A program made the translations under genes and the position numbers. A stretch of DNA of 62,850 nt, counting the filler, from Nemertoderma westbladi (lineage: Eukaryota > Animalia > Xenacoelomorpha), in NCBI GenBank assembly GCA_032718475.1. It is 4 parts of 4 records of this genome, joined end to end, with 100 filler letters (N's around TTAATTAATTAA, not from the genome) between each part and the next. Parts side by side here need not be neighbours in the genome. Positions count along the whole stretch, not along the records: positions 32,071 to 52,353 come from JAUCBJ010003733.1; 3 more parts are not named here. One strand, written 5' to 3'. Under the pieces are notes generated by a model that ran no database searches, was not told the origin of the DNA, and saw only the letters and a program-made list of their open reading frames with translations. This document shows, piece after piece, positions 34,910 to 49,505 of the stretch (the stretch's first letter is position 1; each line of letters starts with the position of its first letter).

Positions 34910-37900
34910 TTTCACTAAAATTAATCAGTTATCACTAAAATTAATAACTTATCACTAAAATTAATAACTTATCACTAAAATTAATAACTTATCACTAAAA
35001 TTAATTACTTATCACTAAAATTAATAACTTATCACTAAAATTAATTACTTATCACTAAAATTAATCACTTATCACTAAAATTAATCACTTATCACTAAAA
35101 TTAATTACTTATCACTAAAATTAATTACTTATCACTAAAATTAATCACTTATCACTAAAATTAATCACTTATCACTAAAATTAATCACTTATCACTAAAA
35201 TTAATCACTTTCACTAAAAGTAATCACTTATCACTAAAATTAATCACTTATCACTAAAATTAATAACTTATCACTAAAATTAATCACTTATCACTAAAAG
35301 TAATCACTTATCACTAAAATTAATAACTTATCACTAAAATTAACTACTTATCACTAAAATTAATCACTTATCACTAAAATTAATCACTTATCACTAAAAT
35401 TAATTACTTATCACTAAAATTAATTACTTATCACTAAAATTAATCACTTATCACTAAAATTAATCACTTATCACTAAAATTAATAACTTATCACTAAAAT
35501 TAATCACTTATCACTAAAATTAATCACTTATCACTAAAATTAATTACTTATCACTAAAATTAATCACTTATCACTAAAATTAATCACTTATCACTAAAAT
35601 TAATAACTTATCACTAAAATTAATAACTTATCACTAAAAGTAATCACTTATCACTAAAATTAATAACTTATCACTAAAATTAATCACTTATCACTAAAAT
35701 TAATCACTTATCACTAAAATTAATCAGTTATCACTAAAATTAATAACTTATCACTAAAATTAATAACTTATCACTAAAATTAATTACTTATCACTAAAAT
35801 TAATAACTTATCACTAAAATTAATTACTTATCACTAAAATTAATCACTTATCACTAAAATTAATCACTTATCACTAAAATTAATTACTTATAACTAAAAT
35901 TAATTACTTATCACTAAAATTAATCACTTATCACTAAAATTAATCACTTATCACTAAAATTAATAACTTATCACTAAAATTAATCACTTATCACTAAAAT
36001 TAATCACTTATCACTAAAATTAATCACTTATCACTAAAATTAATAACTTATCACTAAAAGTAATCACTTATCACTAAAATTAATAACTTATCACTAAAAT
36101 TAATCACTTATCACTAAAATTAATCACTTTCACTAAAAGTAATCACTTATCACTAAAATTAATCACTTATCACTAAAATTAATAACTTATCACTAAAATT
36201 AATCACTTATCACTAAAAGTAATCACTTATCACTAAAATTAATAACTTATCACTAAAATTAATTACTTATCACTAAAATTAATCACTTATCACTAAAATT
36301 AATCACTTATCACTAAAATTAATTACTTATCAATAAAATTAATTACTTATCACTAAAATTAATCACTTATCACTAAAATTAATCACTTATCACTAAAATT
36401 AATAACTTATCACTAAAATTAATCACTTATCACTAAAATTAATCACTTATCACTAAAATTAATTACTTATCACTAAAATTAATCACTTATCACTAAAATT
36501 AATCACTTATCACTAAAATTAATAACTTATCACTAAAATTAATAACTTATCACTAAAAGTAATCACTTATCACTAAAATTAATAACTTATCACTAAAATT
36601 AATCACTTATCACTAAAATTAATCACTTTCACTAAAAGTAATCACTTATAACTAAAATTAATCACTTATCACTAAAATTAATAACTTATCACTAAAATTA
36701 ATCACTTATCACTAAAAGTAATCACTTATCACTAAAATTAATAACTTATCACTAAAATTAATCTGTTATCACTAAATTTAATCTGTTATCACTAAAATTA
36801 ATCACTTATCACTAAAATTAATCACTTATCACTAAAATTAATAACTTATCACTAAAAGTAATCACTTATCACTAAAATTAATAACTTATCACTAAAATTA
36901 ATAACATAACTTATCACTAAAATTAATCACTTATCACTAAAATTAATCACTTATCACTAAAATTAATCACTTATCACTAAAATTAATCACTTATCACTAA
37001 AATTAATCACTTATCACTAAAATTAATCACTTATCACTAAAATTAATCACTTATCACTAAATTTAATCTGTTATCACTAAAATTAATCACTTATCACTAA
37101 AATTAATCACTTATCACTAAAATTAATCACTTATCACTAAAATTAATCACTTATCACTAAAATTAATCACTTATCACTAAAATTAATCACTTATCACTAA
37201 AATTAATCACTTATCACTAAAATTAATCACTTATCACTAAAATTAATCACTTATCACTAAAATTAATCACTTATCACTAAAATTAATCACTTATCACTAA
37301 AATTAATCACTTATCACTAAAATTAATTACTTATCACTAAAATTAATCACTTATCACTAAAATTAATCACTTATCACTAAAATTAATAACTTATCACTAA
37401 AATTAATAACTTATCACTAAAAGTAATCACTTATCACTAAAATTAATAACTTATCACTAAAATTAATCACTTATCACTAAAATTAATCACTTTCACTAAA
37501 ATTAATCACTTATCACTAAAATTAATAACGTATCACTAAAATTAATAACTTATCACTAAAATTAATCACTTATCACTAAAAGTAATCACTTATCACTAAA
37601 ATTAATAACTTATCACTAAAATTAATCTGTTATCACTAAATTAAATCTGTTATCACAAAAATTAATCACTTATCACTAAAATTAATCACTTATCACTAAA
37701 ATTAATAACTTATCACTAAAAGTAATCACTTATCACTAAAATTAATAACTTATCACTAAAATTAATAACATAACTTATCACTAAAATTAATCACTTATCA
37801 CTAAAATTAATCACTTATCACTAAAATTAATCACTTATCACTAAAATTAATTACTTATCACTAAAATTAATCACTTATCACTAAAAGTAATCACTTATCA

Positions 37901-40900
37901 CTAAAATTAATAATTTATCACTAAAATTAATTACTTATCACTAAAATTAATCACTTATCACTAAAATTAATCACTTATCACTAAAATTAATTACTTATCA
38001 CTAAAATTAATTACTTATCACTAAAATTAATCACTTATCACTAAAATTAATCAATTATCACTAAAATTAATAACTTATCACTAAAATTAATCACTTATCA
38101 CTAAAATTAATCACTTATCACTAAAATTAATAACTTATCACTAAAATTAATCACTTATCACTAAAATTAATCACTTATCACTAAAATTAATTACTTATCA
38201 CTAAAATTAATCACTTATCACTAAATTTTAGTGAATGTATTGTTGCTAGGTAACAGTTTGAGTCAGCTGGTGGTGGGTTATATTTGTACTTATTTTGGTG
38301 CGTTTTTATATTCGAATTATTGTTTGTTAATATTATAATATATGGAGGCTTTTGAGTAAAAAAAAAAAAAAAACTTATCACTAAAATTAATCACTTATCA
38401 CTAAAATTAATAACTTATCACTAAAATTAATAACTTATCACTAAAAGTAATCACTTATCACTAAAATTAATAACTTATCACTAAAATTAATCACTTATCA
38501 CTAAAATTAATAACTTATCACTAAAATTAATCACTTATCACTAAAATTAATCACTTTCACTAAAAGTAATCACTTATCACTAAAATTAATCACTTATCAC
38601 TAAAATTAATAACTTATCACTAAAATTAATCACTTATCACTAAAAGTAATCACTTATCACTAAAATTAATAACTTATCACTAAAATTAATCTGTTATCAC
38701 TAAATTTAATCTGTTATCACTAAAATTAATCACTTATCACTAAAATTAATCACTTATCACTAAAATTAATAACTTATCACTAAAAGTAATCACTTATCAC
38801 TAAAATTAATAACTTATCACTAAAATTAATCACTTATCACTAAAATTAATAACTTATCACTAAAAGTAATCACTTATCACTAAAATTAATAACTTATCAC
38901 TAAAATTAATAACATAACTTATCACTAAAATTAATCACTTATCACTAAAATTAATCACTTATCACTAAAATTAATCACTTATCACTAAAATTAATCACTT
39001 ATCACTAAAATTAATCACTTATCACTAAATTTAATCTGTTATCACTAAAATTAATCACTTATCACTAAAATTAATCACTTATCACTAAAATTAATCACTT
39101 ATCACTAAAATTAATCACTTATCACTAAAATTAATCACTTATCACTAAAATTAATCACTTATCACTAAAATTAATCACTTATCACTAAAATTAATTACTT
39201 ATCACTAAAATTAATCACTTATCACTAAAATTAATCACTTATCACTAAAATTAATCACTTATCACTAAAATTAATTACTTATCACTAAAATTAATCACTT
39301 ATCACTAAAAGTAATCACTTATCACTAAAATTAATAATTTATCACTAAAATTAATTACTTATCACTAAAATTAATCACTTATCACTAAAATTAATCACTT
39401 ATCACTAAAATTAATTACTTATCACTAAAATTAATTACTTATCACTAAAATTAATCACTTATCACTAAAATTAATCAATTATCACTAAAATTAATAACTT
39501 ATCACTAAAATTAATCACTTATCACTAAAATTAATCACTTATCACTAAAATTAATAACTTATCACTAAAATTAATCACTTATCACTAAAATTAATCACTT
39601 ATCACTAAAATTAATTACTTATCACTAAAATTAATCACTTATCACTAAATTTTAGTGAATGTATTGTTGCTAGGTAACAGTTTGAGTCAGCTGGTGGTGG
39701 GTTATATTTGTACTTATTTTGGTGCGTTTTTATATTCGAATTATTGTTTGTTAATATTATAATATATGGAGGCTTTTGAGTAAAAAAAAAAAAAAAACTT
39801 ATCACTAAAATTAATCACTTATCACTAAAATTAATAACTTATCACTAAAATTAATAACTTATCACTAAAAGTAATCACTTATCACTAAAATTAATAACTT
39901 ATCACTAAAATTAATCACTTATCACTAAAATTAATAACTTATCACTAAAATTAATCACTTATCACTAAAATTAATCACTTTCACTAAAAGTAATCACTTA
40001 TCACTAAAATTAATCACTTATCACTAAAATTAATAACTTATCACTAAAATTAATCACTTATCACTAAAAGTAATCACTTATCACTAAAATTAATAACTTA
40101 TCACTAAAATTAATCTGTTATCACTAAATTTAATCTGTTATCACTAAAATTAATCACTTATCACTAAAATTAATCACTTATCACTAAAATTAATAACTTA
40201 TCACTAAAAGTAATCACTTATCACTAAAATTAATAACTTATCACTAAAATTAATCACTTATCACTAAAATTAATAACTTATCACTAAAAGTAATCACTTA
40301 TCACTAAAATTAATAACTTATCACTAAAATTAATAACATAACTTATCACTAAAATTAATCACTTATCACTAAAATTAATCACTTATCACTAAAATTAATC
40401 ACTTATCACTAAAATTAATCACTTATCACTAAAATTAATCACTTATCACTAAATTTAATCTGTTATCACTAAAATTAATCACTTATCACTAAAATTAATC
40501 ACTTATCACTAAAATTAATCACTTATCACTAAAATTAATCACTTATCACTAAAATTAATCACTTATCACTAAAATTAATCACTTATCACTAAAATTAATC
40601 ACTTATCACTAAAATTAATTACTTATCACTAAAATTAATCACTTATCACTAAAATTAATCACTTATCACTAAAATTAATCACTTATCACTAAAATTAATC
40701 ACTTATCACTAAAATTAATCACTTATCACTAAAATTAATTACTTATCACTAAAATTAATCACTTATCACTAAAATTAATCACTTATCACTAAAATTAATA
40801 ACTTATCACTAAAATTAATAACTTATCACTAAAAGTAATCACTTATCACTAAAATTAATAACTTATCACTAAAATTAATCACTTATCACTAAAATTAATC

Positions 40901-41421
40901 ACTTTCACTAAAATTAATCACTTATCACTAAAATTAATAACTTATCACTAAAATTAATAACTTATCACTAAAATTAATCACTTATCACTAAAAGTAATCA
41001 CTTATCACTAAAATTAATAACTTATCACTAAAATTAATCTGTTATCACTAAATTTAATCTGTTATCACTAAAATTAATCACTTATCACTAAAATTAATCA
41101 CTTATCACTAAAATTAATAACTTATCACTAAAAGTAATCACTTATCACTAAAATTAATAACTTATCACTAAAATTAATAACATAACTTATCACTAAAATT
41201 AATCACTTATCACTAAAATTAATCACTTATCACTAAAATTAATCACTTATCACTAAAATTAATTACTTATCACTAAAATTAATTACTTATCACTAAAATT
41301 AATCACTTATCACTAAAATTAATCACTTATCACTAAAATTAATCACTTATCACTAAAATTAATCACTTATCACTAAATTTAATCTGTTATCACTAAAATT
41401 AATCACTTATCACTAAAATTA
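34910..41421. repeat. 20-bp AT-rich satellite (about 300 copies) with two ~150-bp interruptions
   Basis: Unit TTATCACTAAAATTAAT(C/A/T)AC; near-identical non-satellite inserts at ~38226-38372 and ~39650-39797. Confidence 0.98.
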
Positions 41422-43539
41422 AGACATCAAATTCTATGTTCTGTATGTACGACATCTAATTATTTTAAAGTGGTAGCTAGTGTTTTTTTTTATTATAGCC
41501 AGTGTTTTTGATAGGTTTTTCAGGATTTATAGGTGTGTTTTTTAACATAATTATTATTGTGCATTGGTTTACATGCTAGTATTTTTAAAAATATAATTGT
41601 TTCTCTATTATGGAGAAATTAATGGCTAGAGTACCGCCCGTCCCCCATTTTAATTTTTTACCAAAATGTACAAGTTTGCTAGCTGTTACCTTTTAGCGTT
41701 TGTGTAAATTGTAATAGATTGTGATTGTGTAAATTGTGATAGAAACATAATAGATTTTTTTTATTATGATCTAGAACACGTTATATTTTGTTCTAGCACA
41801 TTTTCAAGAAATGGAAAATTTTATAGTAGGTTGCTTTTATTATCTCCATGAATGGATTTTTTCCCTATTTTTTCATTTGACGACACCAGCGGTATTTTAT
41901 CATTTTTGTTACATTATGTCAAAATGTTTTTTGCTTGAACAGCGTTCTGGTGAATTACTCATAATGCTGCAAAGTACTACTTTGCAGCGTTGCGGCCTAT
42001 AGGACGGAACGCTGCAAAGTAATCAAAGACATGGAAGCAACTTAAATTACCGAATTCCAGAATGTATTATTTCCATTTATGTTAATGAGTGCTGCTTCAT
42101 TATCCAGTTTGCAGTGACGGGACTAGCTACTGTATGTAAATAATTATTTAACGTGTACTGTATTCCATTATGGCGAAACGTCCAATAGAAGACAGTGTAA
42201 TGACCAAAGCAAGATATGACGACGACAGTGTTCAGTAAAACTGAACGGACACAGACGGTGAATCAGTTTGCTTCAGTCGACTATAGTCAAGATGGAATAT
42301 ATAATATAATTGTTTCTCTATTATGGAGAAATTAATGGCTAGAGTACCGCCCGTCCCCCATTTTAATTTTTTACCAAAATGTACAAGTTTGCTAGGTAGC
42401 TGTTACATTTTACAGTACTTACTCCAATGAGGAATGAAAGTATCAATGCTAATATATTTATTTATAACGAAACTGTCTCTTTATAGAGGTACCTGCTGAC
42501 CGGTACTGTAGGTTAATAGGTTATTAATAGGTTTAGGTTATTAATAGGTTATTAATGTGTTACGCTGTGCAGAAAAAAGTGAAACTATTTGTATTATTCG
42601 TCGACTTTCGAAAGGCCTATGACCTAGTGCCACGCAATAAATTATTAGAAGTTTTACGTAACGCTGGCTGCGGTAAACGGATGTTATACGCCATCAAATC
42701 CATGTATACGTGTACAAAATATATATTGCGTGACGCCATAATAATCTCGTGTTTTGGAGTAAAACAGGGGGCCCCTTCGTCAGTCACCCTGTTTTGTGTA
42801 TATTTAAATCAACTTGTGCTGAATTTAAGAAATGCTTTTCAAACTGATGGTTTTCTGGGTGTTATACAAATCCTATTACTGATGGACGATTCCGTAATCC
42901 TTTCAACCTCTCGTGCTACTTGCGAATCAAAATTTCGAGTGCTTGTGGACTTCTGTACAGAATACGGTATGGTAATAAATACAAAAAAGACAAGGTTTTT
43001 GGTAATAAATGGCAGCTATTCAGATAAACTCCCGATGTCATATAAAAATATTGTTGTAGACCATTGTTACAGTTATGTGTATCTAGGGTCGCCTTTTTGC
43101 GAAAGTGGTGCAATGTCCTCCATTTTAAATTTACATGTTAGTAGGTGTAACGACGCTGTGAATAAATTTATCATATTTTGTGCAGTTAACAGTACTATGC
43201 CCTTTCACCTGAAATTGAAAGTATTCCACTCTTGCTTATCAGCTGTGTTAGTCTATGGGTGCGAGTCGTGGCTGACCAGAGATTTCAAGGTGATTGAAAC
43301 ATTGTATATGAAAGCAGTAAAGTCACTACTGGGCGTTCGTATCACTACACCTAAAGATATTTGTCTGGTGGAATCCGGATTGCAACCATTAGCGGTAACT
43401 ATTTTAAACGCTCAAAGCAGATTTTTTAAGAAATATTCAGCTGTCACTGACGATTGTTTGCCTATCAAACAAGTTTTTAAACTTTGTGGTGACTCCAATA
43501 TCCATAGTTGTAATTTATTATGTAAACCCTCAGAGACTG
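41418..43539. repeat. 2.1-kb segment duplicated at 46146-48266 (offset 4728 bp)
   Basis: Both copies begin ATTAAGACATCAAATTC and end CCCTCAGAGACTG, with few SNPs and a 1-bp deletion in copy 2. Each holds an internal ~95-bp direct repeat. Confidence 0.95.
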
Positions 43540-43679
43540 AAACTTCTAAGGTTTCCCTCAGTACTGTGAAACTGAAAATTACGGTAAAACCGATCGCTGC
43601 AACAAAGTTTAGTCAATACCGTGATGTCCTTAATCCCAGTCTCTCCGTCCACTCGATATACTATAATTCCACTGAATAG
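42555..43679 (+). pseudogene. LINE ORF2 reverse transcriptase fragment (LMDD motif), truncated at both ends
   Basis: LFVDFRKAYD, GVKQGAPSS, LLLMDD, YVYLGS and LVYGCESW; no endonuclease domain upstream. Confidence 0.9.
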
Positions 43680-43838
43680 GTGGTAGTTGGTGTAGGAAAG
43701 AATGACCCTCAATAATGTGGGAACATTTATTTCTATATTAGGATTTATTTTTAATTTAAACATTTAGACATTCCAAAAGGAACTTTCCATTTACTTAGTA
43801 ATGTTTACTCAATCTATAACCAAAACATTAAACAGCCA

Positions 43839-44460
43839 TTAAAAGTGAAATAGTCTCAAGAGTAAATCTCTTCGAGAATAAATCTCAAGAGCTGCATCAA
43901 TCATCTCGTTCACATCTGCATCATCATTTTCTTCCTCGTTTTTTACCTCCACAACGAAGTGGCCGCACTTATCGCATACTTTGGGGAGATCAACTTTATC
44001 TACATTCCGGCTCTTCTGCACTGTCTCTCTGGCCCGAATAGTGGCTCGGTCCTGTTGGGCGACGATTTGCCCCACTAATATGTCGAGTGCGGCGGATCTC
44101 GTGGCTTTGTGGACCGGCTCCCGACACGCCGGACAATTAGGCTTCTGTTTCAACCAGACTGCCACGCAGTGACAGCAGAAAGAATGCGAACAGTTGAGAA
44201 GTAACGGCTCAATGAGCACCTCGCGACAAATCGAGCATTCCAGATCTTTATCGAACTCGAGTATTCTCGAGAGATCTACTGATGATATTATTTTATTGTT
44301 TAATTCTTCATTATTATTGGGTTTTGCTAATATTAAACTATTTTTTCTTACTTTCTACTTTAGTTTTAGACTCCCCACTAATACCATCTTCATTCTTTGA
44401 ATCATCATTGGATTGAACTTGTTTTCTTTTTAACTGTTTTTCCTTCCCTTTTCGATCCAT
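43839..44460 (-). pseudogene. RNF8-like C3HC4 RING finger protein lacking FHA, frameshifted
   Basis: LECSICREVLIEPLLLNCSHSFCCHCVAVWLKQKPNCPACRE...TRSAALDILVGQIV parallels the RNF8 RING. The upstream MDRKGKEK... frame shifts in an A tract near 44340. Confidence 0.75.
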
Positions 44461-44895
44461 TATACTGTAGTATACGTGCAATTGGTTTCAAACTAATTAT
44501 TTATCTTAATTATTGTTTTACAACAAATCTATTGCTTTGTAAATATTCGTCGTACTATTAGATATTGTATCCCCATTTTTTTAATTGTATTCCATTTTCT
44601 ATTAGATTTGTTTCTATGGTATTACTTGGCCTGCCCCACTTTATTGAACAGTTTTACTGTTGAAGCACATGGTATTACTTAGCCTGCCCCACTTTCTTTA
44701 ACAGTTTTACGGTTCATTATTGAAGCACCATTTTCGTCAGCAAAAGTTGTATAAAAATTCTTAAAAGTTTTTCATTTCATTTCATTGTTGTAATGAAATA
44801 AAATTGACATAAATTGCACAAGAACATATAATAAAAGTGCACAAGATTGACACGTATCAAAATCGGTATAAGACATTCTGAGATACAAATTAAAA

Positions 44896-45675
44896 TTAAA
44901 TAATTGCACAGATTACTATTGACAATAAGACGTCATAGGCGTATATACAATAAATGTGCAAATATAAGTATAATATAATCAGTAGATTGTGTTTATTATT
45001 GGTTTGGTATGTGATTTGGAATGAGTATAGACCTTTTGTTGTTTTGCTCCGAGAGTTGAGCTTCTTGTTTATTATTCTAAGGTTTTTGGTTTTCTTTCTG
45101 ATTGTGATTTTCATGATAAACTTTGAAGCTGTTTGCTGGATGGTGTGTGTCACTTTCTCTAGATACGCATTCATTGTCTTTTCTGTCCAAATAATAAGGT
45201 TATTGCCGTACTCTTCCTGGAGTGCTTTGAGATTAGTGTTCACCTCTCTCTATTCCTAAAATAGGATATAGTTTAATTGATACTGGGCTGTGGTCTGATC
45301 CATTCCTGAGTTCGTTACGGTCATACACCTGACCTTCTGTGCAGAGTCGAAGCCCATTTAGATTTGTGAGTACCTGGTCTATGTAAGAATCTGCCCTACC
45401 CTGGATTGCTGGATTGCCTTTTCCATGATTTTTTGTTAAAGACGGTGTCCCAATGGATACGAAGGAAACTTAGTGCTATATTCTTGATTAGTGAATGCAG
45501 ATCTGCGGTTTTTCCATTCAGTGCATATGATTCCACCAGGCCAGAAATTATCCGCAGCACATAGCACAAGCAGTTCTGTTCGTATCATAATTTTCATATT
45601 CTTGAAGTTGCCATGAATCCTAGTTGTAACCCTCCCTGCTCGAATCCCGTTGATGCTTAGGCTTATCGAAAACAC
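44896..45675 (-). pseudogene. LINE relic: ORF1 C-terminus joined to an APE endonuclease C-terminus
   Basis: 45436-45675 gives FKNMKIMI...FWPGGIICTEW (ORF1 tail-like); ~45260-45400 gives SYIDQVLTN...GSDHSPVSIKL (EEP SDH motif). Confidence 0.6.
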
Positions 45676-47282
45676 TTACAACGCAATAATGAATTTATAA
45701 TAATTATAATTCCAGAATATAATTTTCTAAAATTTGTTATAGTATTCGTAAAATGAGTGGTTATAAATTATGAAATTGAACAAAAAATAGTTTGCGTCCA
45801 GTCCGCCTCCAGTCCCGCACGGCTGCATGGCCTTGTAGTTCTAGAACGTCTTGTCGCACTGCGATGTAAAGTTGGAAAATATGTCGCCATGGCGATTTCG
45901 TAGTGCGAAATTAATTCCACACAAATAAATAAAATTTAATTGGTAACGAAAATGGTGCTTAAAGGTCCGTTTCTTGAGCTTTATTTCTAGCTTTATTTCT
46001 AGCTTTTTTTCGAGCTTTTTTTCAAGCTTTTTTTTTAGCTTTTTTACAAGCTTGATATGCCTTTTCTAACGTTCAGTTAAAATGAAGCTTTTTTTAGCTT
46101 TTTTTTTCCAATCCTTTTTGTGAGCTTTTTTCTAGCTTTTTATTTATTAAGACATCAAATTCTATGTTCTGTATGTACGACATCTAATTATTTTAAAGTG
46201 GTAGCTAGTGTTTTTTTTTATTATAGCCAGTGTTTTTGATAGGTTTTTCAGGATTTATAGGTGTGTTTTTTAACATAATTATTATTGTGCATTGGTTTAC
46301 ATGCTAGTATTTTTAAAAATATAATTGTTTCTCTATTATGGAGAAATTAATGGCTAGAGTACCGCCCGTCCCCCATTTTAATTTTTTACCAAAATGTACA
46401 AGTTTGCTAGCTGTTACCTTTTAGCGTTTGTGTAAATTGTAATAGATTGTGATTGTGTAAATTGTGATAGAAACATAATAGATTTTTTTTATTATGATCT
46501 AGAACACGTTATATTTTGTTCTAGCACATTTTCAAGAAATGGAAAATTTTATAGTAGGTTGCTTTTATTATCTCCATGAATGGATTTTTTCCCTATTTTT
46601 TCATTTGACGACACCAGCGGTATTTTATCATTTTTGTTACATTATGTCAAAATGTTTTTTGCTTGAACAGCGTTCTGGTGAATTACTCGTAACGCTGCAA
46701 AGTACTACTTTGCAGCGTTGCGGCCTATAGGACGGAACGCTGCAAAGTAATCAAAGACATGGAAGCAACTTAAATTACCGAATTCCAGAATGTATTATTT
46801 CCATTTATGTTAATGAGTGCTGCTTTATTATCCAGTTTGCAGTGACGGGACTAGCTACTGTATGTAAATAATTATTTAACGTGTACTGTATTCCATTATG
46901 GCGAAACGTCCAATAGAAGACAGTGTAATGACCAAAGCAAGATATGACGACGACAGTGTTCAGTAAAACTGAACGGACACAGACGGTGAATCAGTTTGCT
47001 TCAGTCGACTATAGTCAAGATGGAATATATAATATAATTGTTTCTCTATTATGGAGAAATTAATGGCTAGAGTACCGCCCGTCCCCCATTTTAATTTTTT
47101 ACCAAAATGTACAAGTTTGCTAGGTAGCTGTTACATTTTACAGTACTTACTCCAATGAGGAATGAAAGTATCAATGCTAATATATTTATTTATAACGAAA
47201 CTGTCTCTTTATAGAGGTACCTGCTGACCGGTACTGTAGGTTAATAGGTTATTAATAGGTTTAGGTTATTAATAGGTTATTA

Positions 47283-48266
47283 ATGTGTTACGCTGTGCAG
47301 AAAAAAGTGAAACTATTTGTATTATTCGTCGACTTTCGAAAGGCCTATGACCCAGTGCCACGCAATAAATTATTAGAAGTTTTACGTAACGCTGGCTGCG
47401 GTAAACGGATGTTATACGCCATCAAATCCATGTATACGTGTACAAAATATATATTGCGTGACGCTATAATAATCTCGTGTTTTGGAGTAAAACAGGGGGC
47501 CCCTTCGTCAGTCACCCTGTTTTGTGTATATTTAAATCAACTTGTGCTGAATTTAAGAAATGCTTTTCAAACTGATGGTTTTCTGGGTGTTATACAAATC
47601 CTATTACTGATGGACGATTCCGTAATCCTTTCAACCTCTCGTGCTACTTGCGAATCAAAATTTCGAGTGCTTGTGGACTTCTGTACAGAATACGGTATGG
47701 TAATAAATACAAAAAAGACAAGGTTTTTGGTAATAAATGGCAGCTATTCAGATAAACTCCCGATGTCATATAAAAATATTGTTGTAGACCATTGTTACAG
47801 TTATGTGTATCTAGGGTCGCCTTTTTGCGAAAGTGGTGCAATGTCCTCCATTTTAAATTTACATGTTAGTAGGTGTATCGACGCTGTGAATAAATTTATC
47901 ATATTTTGTGCAGTTAACATGACTATACCCTTTCACCTGAAATTGAAAGTATTCCACTCTTGCTTATCAGCTGTGTTGTCTATGGGTGCGAGTCGTGGCT
48001 GACCAGAGATTTCAAGGTGATTGAAACATTGTATATGAAAGCAGTAAAGTCACTACTGGGCGTTCGTATCACTACACCTAATGATATTTGTCTGGTGGAA
48101 TCCGGATTGCAACCATTAGCGGTAACTATTTTAAACGCTCAAAGCAGATTTTTTAAGAAATATTCAGCTGTCACTGACGATTGTTTGCCTATCAAACAAG
48201 TTTTCAAACTTTGCGGTGACTCCAATATCCATAGTTTTAATTTATTATGTAAACCCTCAGAGACTG
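47283..48266 (+). pseudogene. Second, frameshifted copy of the LMDD RT fragment
   Basis: Near-identical to 42555-43539; a 1-bp deletion splits it into ORFs 47283-48002 and 47960-48427. Confidence 0.9.
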
Positions 48267-48826
48267 TCTGCTTTATGTCAGCTTGTTCGAACATTTTGTT
48301 TAGAATGTCCATTGATTTCTCTCTTGATTTTTGTTTCTTCATTTCGCTTATTTCAGAATCAGTACTATCAATTTCTGAATCTTCAGTAGCTGGAATGTCT
48401 GCAATAGGCCTATTTAACTGTATATAATGTGTGTATAACTGTATTCAGTTATACATCTAGGGCACAATTTCCACCCAGGGATCAATGGAAATTCCATAGT
48501 TTGAAAATGTTGTGCCATTACTATAGAAATAAGTCGGGAGCCCTTTCCTGTATGCTTCTCTAAATTGAAGACATTGCAGCATTTGTCTAACTTTTTTTCA
48601 AACACTCATCCCAAAAATGCTGATTCATGGTGCAAGCAAATGGTTCAATTTGTATCTAAAACTATATCTTTGAAACCTGCTCGCCATTTGATCAACTGAA
48701 TGGTTCTCTCAGAAATTTCAGAAGTATGTTTCAGAGCCTTTGTCCTACAGTATTGTAAGTCAACTTATGACAGGAGTATTCATCATACAATAGTGTCACA
48801 AGGATACAATAGCCTAAATCGGACAT
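48267..48826 (-). pseudogene. ARL14EP N-terminal-like domain, probably a Sola2-type transposase 5' relic
   Basis: SCHKLTY...IQLIKWRAG...TICLHHE...FEKKLDKCCNVFNLEKH...LIPGWKLCPRC, then an acidic tract and DILNKMF. Contains stops and frameshifts. Confidence 0.7.
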
Positions 48827-49470
48827 GATTATAAAATATGATAAAAATAGCGCTACCTGTATTATATAATTAAAATGATTGATTATAATTAAGCTAAGAA
48901 AGAAATAATCAGATCCCCCAATCTACAGGGATTTGCAATCTACTTGGAACACGTTCGTGGGGCCTTCGCGCAGCACGAGGTCCAGTTATGAGATACAAAT
49001 TAAAATTAAGCGACTGTATCACAAAATCAGGTTTTGAGAAATTTACCCACACCACCAATCAATCAAAGAAAGGGGGACAGTACGTGTTCACCCCTTTTAA
49101 TCCCCCCCCCCCCCCCCCACCCTTCTCAACCACCAATACATAACCGTGACATCTACCACCCACGGAAGGGTAGAACGAACTTATTTCCAATCGCACGTTA
49201 AATATGCAAAGCCAGGTGGTGTATATGAATATAATCAACGCCGTACTCGTCTTAATTATTATAAGCGTCGTTCAATCGTTGCGCTCGTCCAGAGTAAGTC
49301 CCCCCCCCCCCCCCCCCCCCCCCTATCAGAAAGATTTACTCAACAAAAAATAGTGTAAATAAATAAACAACTACAAGGATAAGAGGTCATGTGTAGGAAA
49401 GCTAATCAGGACGATACCTTTACTAATATATTGAGCTGCATTGATCTATACATAGTACATGTTGGGTGAT

Positions 49471-49505
<35 letters not shown>

